This document shows positions 54,899-61,458 of a stretch of 61,458 bases of DNA, piece after piece. Under the pieces are notes generated by a model, which had not been told where the DNA came from, ran no database searches, and saw only the letters and a list, made by a program, of their open reading frames with translations. The DNA is taken from positions 1 through 61,458 of the forward strand of contig JACPQZ010000013.1 in assembly GCA_016190205.1 (NCBI GenBank). Direction: 5' to 3'. Position 1 is the first letter of the stretch. Each line of letters opens with the position of its first letter. A program made the translations under genes and the position numbers. Source of the stretch: Candidatus Omnitrophota bacterium (GTDB lineage: Bacteria; Omnitrophota; JACPQZ01).

Positions 54899-55420
54899 CT
54901 ATCCCGTAAACTCCGCTTCGTCCAGGAGCCGGAACTCTTCTAGCAGGTCCTCGAGTTCCGAGCCCCCCTCTTCTAGGGCGGGTTCCTCACCCATCTCCGA
55001 CAAGAGATCCAAAAGCCGCTCTACCTCTTCCTCGTCGCTCACATCCTCGACCGCTTCGGCAAGCACCAGGCTGTCCCATTGCTCCAGCTCGTCCTCCAAA
55101 AAGCCCCCATCCAGATCTACTTCCTGTTCCACAGCCTCCAGGATATTCCACTCTTCCTCGATCGCCTGCGTAAGCTTGAGTGGGTCGGTCGGCCCTGGCT
55201 TGAGGATAATTACGGCCAGGAGACAGGCCGCCGCGAGTCCCATGCCCCAGGCGAGCCGCGGGGCAAAAATCGGGACCGTTTGAGGAGAGGGGGCTTGCTC
55301 GGCGCGAATACGACGCATCACATCCTCCGTAAAAGCAGCCCCCTGCTCTTGAGAGGGGCCCAGCAGAGGGTGTTTCTTAAGCCAACGTTTAAGTCTCGCT
55401 AAAAACAGTTCTTCATGCAT
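54899..55420 (-). CDS. Putative anti-sigma factor (single TM, acidic C-terminus)
   Basis: Overlaps the ECF sigma stop; TM WGMGLAAACLLAVII; E/D/L-rich tail; no HxxxCxxC motif. Confidence 0.7.
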   Translation of the reverse strand: MHEELFLARLKRWLKKHPLLGPSQEQGAAFTEDVMRRIRAEQAPSPQTVPIFAPRLAWGMGLAAACLLAVIILKPGPTDPLKLTQAIEEEWNILEAVEQEVDLDGGFLEDELEQWDSLVLAEAVEDVSDEEEVERLLDLLSEMGEEPALEEGGSELEDLLEEFRLLDEAEFTG

Positions 55421-55997
55421 AGCGGCGCTCCTCCTGCCAGTAGGGCTCCAGCAACCGCTGAAGAGCCCTGGTAGCCTTAAAAATGTGGGCCTTGACCGTC
55501 CCCGTACGGCGGCCCATCACCTGGGCCACCTCTTCTAGCTTGAGGCCCTGCACATGGTGCAGTAAAAAGGCTTCTCGTTCCCTTTGCGGAAGCTCACGTA
55601 TCGCCTCCGTCAAACGCGTGCCGAGTTCTGCGCTGGCCGCGGCTTCCCGCGGGCCCTGACCCGGATCCGCCACTTCAAATATTACGGCATCCTGTTCGTG
55701 CCGCTCCGGCGGGTCCTGGACCACCCGCCTGCGGTCTCTCCCTTTGCAAAAATCTTTACACTCGTTCAGGATGATCCGGTAAAACCACGTAAAGAACCTG
55801 GCCCTTCCCCGGAACCGGTCCAGGTGCCGGTACGCCTTCACGAACGCGTTCTGGGAGATGTCCCTGGCATCTTCCCAATTACCCACAAAGCCGTAAGCCA
55901 GCTGCCAGGCGGCCGCCTGGTACCGGCTTACGAGCTCGGCGTAACGCCCGGTCTCACCCGCGAGGACCGCCCTTATCAGTTCTTCGTCAACCTGCAT
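55413..55997 (-). CDS. ECF RNA polymerase sigma factor
   Basis: Region 2 DARDISQNAFVKAY..FTWFYRIILN; region 4 LPQREREAFLL..EEVAQVMG..GTVKAHI; start reset to ATG 55997. Confidence 0.93.
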   Translation of the reverse strand: MQVDEELIRAVLAGETGRYAELVSRYQAAAWQLAYGFVGNWEDARDISQNAFVKAYRHLDRFRGRARFFTWFYRIILNECKDFCKGRDRRRVVQDPPERHEQDAVIFEVADPGQGPREAAASAELGTRLTEAIRELPQREREAFLLHHVQGLKLEEVAQVMGRRTGTVKAHIFKATRALQRLLEPYWQEERRYA

Positions 55998-56011
55998 GTT
56001 CACAGGCGTTC

Positions 56012-56046
56012 CGATGGACGAAGGACGAAGGACGATGGACGATCCG
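56012..56046. repeat. Heptamer array (CGAAGGA/CGATGGA)
   Basis: cgatgga cgaagga cgaagga cgatgga cgatccg. Confidence 0.88.
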
Positions 56047-56064
56047 GGCGGACGCACTGTTTGC

Positions 56065-56883
56065 CTATCGGCGTCCACCCGCAGGCACTCCACCCTTCTG
56101 AACAGGACTGGGGCCCTTACCCCCGGCTTGAGGCCGAGGCTTCACCTTATCATGCGGCTCTTGGAGCCTGTGTTTCATCGCATCATGGGTATGCTCGTGA
56201 ATCCGACGCTCTTCATAAGGCTTAAGATCCGCATCCTCCAAGCGCTCATGCAGGGTCTCGTGCTTTTCCTTGTAGAGTTCATGTCCTTGTTTGTGCCATG
56301 CCGGCGGCCCCAGCTCCGGATGCTCCTCCCACTTGGGATGCTTGGTCATGAAGCGTTCGTAGGCCTCGGGATTATTCACCTGAAGGTGCTCCAGCTTCTC
56401 TTTCCTCCAGTCTTTCCTTTTCGCAGTGAGCTCCTCATATTTTTGAGGATCGTTTTCCTTAACCTTTTCCAGGCGGACTGAAAGCTTGTCCCTCCGGCTT
56501 TCCGCCCAGCGCCTAAAGGCTTCCGGATCCTCCTCGCGCAAACGATCGAGGCGATGACGGCGGGCCGACCGCTTCCGGTCCAGGAGACGCTCGTAGGCCT
56601 CGGGGTTAGTTTCCTTAAGGTTTTCCAGCTTCTCCTTGACCTCACCCCTTCGTTCCTCAATAGCCGCGCGGAAAGCCTCCGGGTCTTCCTGTTTGAGCCT
56701 GCGGAGCCTTTGCGCTTCCTCATCATGCCGGCCGGGATGCCTCACCTCCGCCTCCCCAGGGTTCATGACCTCCCCGCCTCTTTCCTCCACTACGACTGGC
56801 TGTTCCCCGCCCTCCTCTGCAAACAAGACACGCGGTCCGAGCAGCCAGCTCACCGCCATGATCGCAAACAGAATGTGTTTCAC
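56065..56883 (-). CDS. Secreted highly charged helical-repeat protein with His-rich C-terminus
   Basis: GGAGG RBS plus GTG 56883; signal peptide; five L.xxDPEAF/NPEAYE repeats. Confidence 0.75.
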   Translation of the reverse strand: MKHILFAIMAVSWLLGPRVLFAEEGGEQPVVVEERGGEVMNPGEAEVRHPGRHDEEAQRLRRLKQEDPEAFRAAIEERRGEVKEKLENLKETNPEAYERLLDRKRSARRHRLDRLREEDPEAFRRWAESRRDKLSVRLEKVKENDPQKYEELTAKRKDWRKEKLEHLQVNNPEAYERFMTKHPKWEEHPELGPPAWHKQGHELYKEKHETLHERLEDADLKPYEERRIHEHTHDAMKHRLQEPHDKVKPRPQAGGKGPSPVQKGGVPAGGRR

Positions 56884-56931
56884 CTTATCCTCCCGGGCGC
56901 CTCTCGCGCCCATATTTATGGTTCCGTCTCA

Positions 56932-56960
56932 TTAGACGACGGGGGGCCAAAAAGGTTTAC
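56932..56960 (-). promoter_or_regulatory. ECF-type promoter
   Basis: Minus strand GTAAAC-16 nt-CGTCTAA ~50 nt upstream of the repeat protein/sigma/anti-sigma genes. Confidence 0.65.
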
Positions 56961-56985
56961 CTGGCGATAACCGTTTATACGCGCT

Positions 56986-57363
56986 TTAGATAAAGCGGCC
57001 GACGGTCTTGAGGAGTTTCTTGAAATCCAGAGGTTTGATGAGGTAGTCGGCCACGTGAAAATCCTTGGCGTGCAGGATGGCCTGGGATTCGCCCCGCGCG
57101 CTGAGCATGACAACAGGGATCTTCTGCGTTTTTTCACAGGCGCGCAGCTGGCGCAGGACTTCGAAGCCATCCACCCGAGGCATCTTGATATCCAATATAA
57201 TCATATCGGGCGACTCGCTCTGCGCGAGCTTTAGAGCCATAGGACCGTCCAAGGCTGACAAGACGTCGTAGTCGTTCTCACCCAGCACCTGGGAAAGTAT
57301 ATCCACCACCTCTTTCTCGTCATCGACCACCAGGATCTTCTTACGGTTCACACGGGTCAGCAT
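56986..57363 (-). CDS. Single-domain response regulator
   Basis: ILVVDDE, DMIILDIKMPRVDG, MLSA, YLIKP. Confidence 0.93.
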   Translation of the reverse strand: MLTRVNRKKILVVDDEKEVVDILSQVLGENDYDVLSALDGPMALKLAQSESPDMIILDIKMPRVDGFEVLRQLRACEKTQKIPVVMLSARGESQAILHAKDFHVADYLIKPLDFKKLLKTVGRFI

Positions 57364-57481
57364 GGGCCCTCCTCATCATCATTAAACCGCAATTTTGGGG
57401 CCTGGTCAACACATCTGCTCCCAAGGCACCGCCCCTCGCCCAGGCCCTTCCACGCCCTGTGATATAATAGTTGCCCTCCAC

Positions 57482-58747
57482 ATGAGTAATAAAACGTTCG
57501 CCCTCATCCTGGCGGGAGGGGACGGCAGCCGCCTGCGGCCCCTGTCAACACCCGAAAAACCAAAGCAGTTTATGCCTTTCTACCGCCAGGAGACCCTTCT
57601 GCAAAGGACCTACCGGCGCCTGGGCAGCCTCTTTCCCCCGGATCGCATCTATGTGGTAACCCACGCCCGTTACCTCGATCAGGTCCGTCATGATCTGCCT
57701 TCTGCTGACCCGCGCTTTATCCTGGGTGAGTCCTGCAAGAAAAATACGGCCCCGTGTATCGCCCTCGCCGCGCGCTGGATCCATGAGCGGGAACCCTCGG
57801 CCATTTTCGGCGTTTTTTCATCTGACCACCACATCGGGGACGAGGCCCTCTTTCAGCAAGCAGTCAAGCGTATGCTCGACTGCGCCCGCCACTATCAGCG
57901 CCTCGTGATTTTGGGCGTCCGACCGGACGTCCCCTCCACACAATACGGGTACATCCACTGCGGGCGCCCTTTCCCCAAAGACGGGGACGGGATCTACGAG
58001 GTATCACAGTTCACGGAAAAACCGGAATGGAGCACGGCCTGCGATTTCGTGCGAAGCGGGCGCACCCTTTGGAACTGCGGCGTCTTTGCCTGGAAGACCC
58101 AGACCCTCTTAAACGAGCTCCACATACACCTCAATGAACTCTACAAGAAGGTCCAGTCTATTCCCATCGCCCAAGGAAGACCAGGCCCCCAGGAATTGGA
58201 CCGCTATTTTCAGGATGCCCCGAACCTGTCCATAGATTATGGGCTGCTGCAAAAGACGCGAAACCTGATCGTAGTCAAGGGGGACTTCGTCTGGACCGAC
58301 CTGGGCTCCTTTGATGCCATCCGCGCCCTCGTCCGGCAGGAACCGGCGTGTCTTAATCCAGAACTCGTGAAAGCCCTTTCACTGTGTCAGGCCGTTCCGC
58401 GGCGCGTGGAAAAGCCCTGGGGGTATGAACTTGTTTGGACAGAGACATCCCAATACGTGGGGAAAATGCTGGTCATTCGGGCCCGCCAGACCCTTTCCTA
58501 CCAATTCCATCGGGTGAAAGAAGAATCGATCTACGTCGTGGAAGGAGAGCTTGATTTTGAGTTTGAAGAAGATGGAAACCGCAAGACGGTCATCTTAAAG
58601 GCAGGCGACACCTTTCACATCCCTCCCAAGATGAAGCACCGAATGGGCGCGCGAACCGATTGCAGAATCTTTGAGGTATCCACGCCTCACCTGGACGATG
58701 TTGTCAGACTTGAGGATTCCTACGGACGCGCAGTTGAGCTGTTATGA
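57482..58747 (+). CDS. manC: Mannose-1-phosphate guanylyltransferase with C-terminal cupin
   Basis: LILAGGDGSRLRPLS..KPKQF, KNTAPCI, SDH, YGYI, FTEKP, SIDY, WTDLGS; cupin KPWG..SYQFH; start ATG 57482. Confidence 0.88.
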   Translation: MSNKTFALILAGGDGSRLRPLSTPEKPKQFMPFYRQETLLQRTYRRLGSLFPPDRIYVVTHARYLDQVRHDLPSADPRFILGESCKKNTAPCIALAARWIHEREPSAIFGVFSSDHHIGDEALFQQAVKRMLDCARHYQRLVILGVRPDVPSTQYGYIHCGRPFPKDGDGIYEVSQFTEKPEWSTACDFVRSGRTLWNCGVFAWKTQTLLNELHIHLNELYKKVQSIPIAQGRPGPQELDRYFQDAPNLSIDYGLLQKTRNLIVVKGDFVWTDLGSFDAIRALVRQEPACLNPELVKALSLCQAVPRRVEKPWGYELVWTETSQYVGKMLVIRARQTLSYQFHRVKEESIYVVEGELDFEFEEDGNRKTVILKAGDTFHIPPKMKHRMGARTDCRIFEVSTPHLDDVVRLEDSYGRAVELL

Positions 58748-59358
58748 AAGCGTCTTCTCCTCGATAGTCTCCTCACGATCATTGATCCCCATCAGATCTA
58801 CTTTAGTAAGATTGAGATAGTTCCGTGCCGCATAGAAACCGGAAAGAAGGGCGTGATCCTGATTGTTATACCGGTACATCCCCGCGCGGCCAATCAGACA
58901 CAGGTTTGAGAACTGCTGGGCATATCGATACAGCGTCTGAAAGTGATCCTGGCTCACTGCCGACGTGTCAGGATGCCCGATCATATCCCGGCTGAAATTA
59001 TTGTAATTGGCAATCCGCGCCATCTTAACCTCGGGCGAATGGATGTAAAGCCAGTTATCCGGAAAGAGATTGTCCCCCCGAACAATGTGATTCACGGTAA
59101 TGTGACCGCGAAAATATAAAGACTGAGCCGCATCGAGTATCGCCTTGGGCGGCAATGGCTCAAGGGCCCGCAGGGTGTGGCTGATGGGGGCGCTCGAAAA
59201 AACATAATCCACAGGAAGAACACGGTCTCCCCGCGAGCCAAACCGAACACAGTCAATGCGCCCTCCCCTGGCACGCATCCCCTGTACCGGCTCATTCAGC
59301 CAAATTTCCCCCCCCTTCTCCCGGATTTCCGCCGCCATGCGATCATACAGCTGGCCGG
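58742..59358 (-). pseudogene. C-terminal fragment of a FAD-dependent oxidoreductase (HemY/Glf-like polysaccharide-locus family), with an internal deletion
   Basis: AGQLYDRMA..I..GG, PDNWLYIH, IGRAGMYRYNNQDHA; no N-terminal GxGxxG; the usual LEYF/AYP segment is missing near 58950. Confidence 0.72.
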
Positions 59359-59359
59359 C

Positions 59360-59833
59360 GTACGGTTCCGGCTCCCGGAGAAACGATGCCTAGTAGCGAA
59401 CATCTTCTTCGCCATGGGTATCGCCGCCAGCATGGTAACGATTGGGAAACCCGCCGTTCCTAAAGCCCTGGTTGGCGCAACCGCTCTATGGCGGGGAGAA
59501 AACGAGACGGACAATGTCCAGTGGCGGGTGGCCCATGCGCTCCGGTCGGACTTTGGTATTCAGGCCGGCGACTCCATTGCGCACATTGGGAATGGCTTTG
59601 AAGTTTACTGGGCCCGGCTTGCGCGCGTTCGGATCGTGGCGGAGATTCCACAGGCTACGGTACTCAACGTGTGGACCAACGACCCGGATGCGCCGGAGAA
59701 GGCCGTCCGCATTTTCAGAGAGGCCGGAGCACGATGCATTGTTAGGATCGGAATCACACGTGCCGATGCTGAAAGGCTGGGGTGGAAACGAATTGACGAC
59801 GCCGACGATTACTTCTATCCGTTGACGATTTGA
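59360..59833 (+). pseudogene. C-terminal fragment of a membrane protein
   Basis: Last TM followed by GDSIAHIG..YWARLARVRIVAEI..GW..YFY; no credible start; begins at the junction with the opposite-strand fragment. Confidence 0.55.
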
Positions 59834-60220
59834 TTATTCCGACGGCGCTTCCCCGCGGAATAGCTTTCGAATAGCCCTGCGAAGAGGGGATTCCGGCTTA
59901 TTCCCTGCACCGTTCCAACCCTCCTTCTCTCCCTTGCCCCAGCCCGGCGGGACCTTGTCTTGCTTCGCCAGTCCGGGAGGCATTTTGTCTTTTTTGGCGA
60001 GACCCGGGGGCATCCCACTGGGAGACTCCTCTTCGCCCAGCATCTCATCCGCCATGGTATCCACGATCTCCTCCCCGAGCCGGTCGCTGAAATCTTTCTC
60101 TTCGTGCACGGCCGCTGCCCTCGGTGCCTTCCCCCGGCCCTGCGCATGGCCGGGAGGCTGGGCCAGCGCCCCTTGTACAAAAAAGATAAGAAACAGAATT
60201 AAGACCATCCATGTTTTCAT
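59834..60220 (-). CDS. Small secreted protein with PPGLAKK repeats
   Basis: AAGGAGG RBS, signal peptide, GMPPGLAKKDKMPPGLAKQDKVPPGWGK. Confidence 0.8.
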   Translation of the reverse strand: MKTWMVLILFLIFFVQGALAQPPGHAQGRGKAPRAAAVHEEKDFSDRLGEEIVDTMADEMLGEEESPSGMPPGLAKKDKMPPGLAKQDKVPPGWGKGEKEGWNGAGNKPESPLRRAIRKLFRGEAPSE

Positions 60221-60238
60221 ATGCGGCCTCCTTTATTT

Positions 60239-61458
60239 CTAACGGGCCCCGCCCTCACGGAGCAATTGCGCGACCTCGGCATGGGGCAAACCCCGGGTGT
60301 AACGGAGGGCGGTCATCCCGCTCTTCGTGGCGGCGTTAATGTCGGCCCCGGCATCTATGAGTAATTTCATGACATCTGTTTTCGGGCTTTCGTCCGAAGT
60401 GACCACGGCCCACATGAGGGCCGTGAGCCCCGATGAATCGCGCACGTTAAGATCTGCCCCCTCCTCGATCAGGACGCGCGCCGCTTCAACATGCCCTTCA
60501 ATCACTGCCGTCATCAGTAAGGTGGTCCCAAATTTTCCCTCGGTATTGGGATCCATGCCGGCTTCTAGAAGGAGCCGCACAGTCTCGGCATCGCCCGCTT
60601 TAGCCTTTTCCAAAAGCACGTTTTCGCTGACCTCAACGCCACGCTCTTTAAGTTTTTCGACGGCCGCGGTACGAAGCTTGTTTTCCTCCTCCGTACTCTC
60701 CGGCGCCACCGCGACAGGAGAAATAAGCTCAAGCGGCGCGGGAGGCTCCACGAGCGGCACCACCTGCAGTGGCTCCACGACCGGCGCAGTCTGCTCAAGC
60801 TCCACGACCGGCGCAATGTGCTCAAGCTCCACGACCGGCGCAGTCTGCTCAAGCTCCACGACCGGCGCAATGTGCTCCGGTCGGACCACCGGCACGGCTT
60901 GCGGGGGCTCTGGCCTTACCACCGGCACAGCTTGCGGGGGCACCGGCTCGATCGCCGGTGAGACCGGAGGGACCTCAACTATAGGTTCAGAAGGAACATG
61001 GGGCACAGGAATGGGCGGCGCCGGTTTCGGTATCTCTGCAAAAACGGCCCGGACCTCTTTCGCGCTGTTCATCTCGAGGGTCTCTTTAGGTTTGGAACCC
61101 GAAAGCGCGCCCTCCCAATTGAGGAAGATGTAGCCTTCCGACGGCTCCGCCTTGAGCCTGACCCTTGTCCCGTGCGCGTATTCAGCCGCTTCGGGGTCGA
61201 GTAATACTTTCCCATGTTCCGCTGTGACCGTTAAGGCGTAGCGAGTGGTTTCAAACAAGGCCGTGACGTTTTTGGGCGAATCCATGACAAGAGCGGCTTT
61301 AAGTTCCGATCCTGAAAGGTCCCCCTGCCAGCCGGTGAAATGGTAGCCCTCAAGGGGAAGGGCTTTTAAGGCGACCCGGGTGCCGTGGGCGTAGTCGGCC
61401 TCTTGAGGGGAGGCCTCAATCCTTCCGCCCTCGCTTTTGAGGGTGAGGGAGTGGCGCA
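60239..61458 (-). CDS. InlB-B/Flg_new-type repeat, Pro/Val-rich linker and ankyrin-repeat protein (5' end beyond the window)
   Basis: Frame stays open to the window end (RHSLTLKSEGG..GTRVALKA..GYHFTGWQGDLSG); second repeat; ankyrins GTTLLMTA, GLTALMWA, GMTALRY. Confidence 0.85.
   Translation of the reverse strand, partial: RHSLTLKSEGGRIEASPQEADYAHGTRVALKALPLEGYHFTGWQGDLSGSELKAALVMDSPKNVTALFETTRYALTVTAEHGKVLLDPEAAEYAHGTRVRLKAEPSEGYIFLNWEGALSGSKPKETLEMNSAKEVRAVFAEIPKPAPPIPVPHVPSEPIVEVPPVSPAIEPVPPQAVPVVRPEPPQAVPVVRPEHIAPVVELEQTAPVVELEHIAPVVELEQTAPVVEPLQVVPLVEPPAPLELISPVAVAPESTEEENKLRTAAVEKLKERGVEVSENVLLEKAKAGDAETVRLLLEAGMDPNTEGKFGTTLLMTAVIEGHVEAARVLIEEGADLNVRDSSGLTALMWAVVTSDESPKTDVMKLLIDAGADINAATKSGMTALRYTRGLPHAEVAQLLREGGAR
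60745..60945. repeat. Coding VNTR: 27-bp units (alternating, giving a 54-bp higher-order repeat) and 33-bp units
   Basis: APVVELEHI/APVVELEQT x4; PPQAVPVVRPE x2. Confidence 0.9.

Noticed and set aside
60327-61133. Ser/Thr-rich mucin-like plus-strand ORF
   Set aside because: Antisense of the VNTR/ankyrin gene; no start context or signal peptide

Overview
A ~61.5 kb, moderately GC-rich, mostly minus-strand bacterial window. Gene families and style suggest the PVC superphylum, probably Ca. Omnitrophota (inference only). Left to right: (i) an envelope/nucleotide-sugar block (TPP E1 alpha/beta, EPS-type MarR with a tandem operator, GT2, WbiB-like epimerase, DegT, UXS, rmlDBAC, ugd, lptD) preceded in transcription by tal, two GAF-GGDEF cyclases, an MsmK-type ATPase and accD; (ii) rpoN with a sigma54 site overlapping its own sigma70 promoter; (iii) a PilJ/NarX-type hybrid kinase and response regulator, a lipoprotein and an outer-membrane barrel, converging on two strongly acidic repeat-rich secreted proteins under a c-di-GMP-I riboswitch with a visible terminator/antiterminator; (iv) tRNA-Thr(CGT) followed by a structured element bounded by copies of the tRNA 3' end, housekeeping genes and tRNA-Phe(GAA); (v) an sxtJ/I/K/L-like carbamoyltransferase-SGNH cassette; (vi) large secreted proteins (beta-helix/lectin, dockerin-bearing subtilase, G8 protein) with TlpA and a TMTC-like glycosyltransferase; (vii) an ECF sigma/anti-sigma module with its own promoter, manC, a two-gene deletion scar and an ankyrin protein cut by the window end. 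About 14 degenerate 7-nt tandem arrays sit at gene junctions across 16-56 kb. No CRISPR array, integrase, transposase or rRNA was seen. Family assignments come from motif recognition by eye, not database searches.
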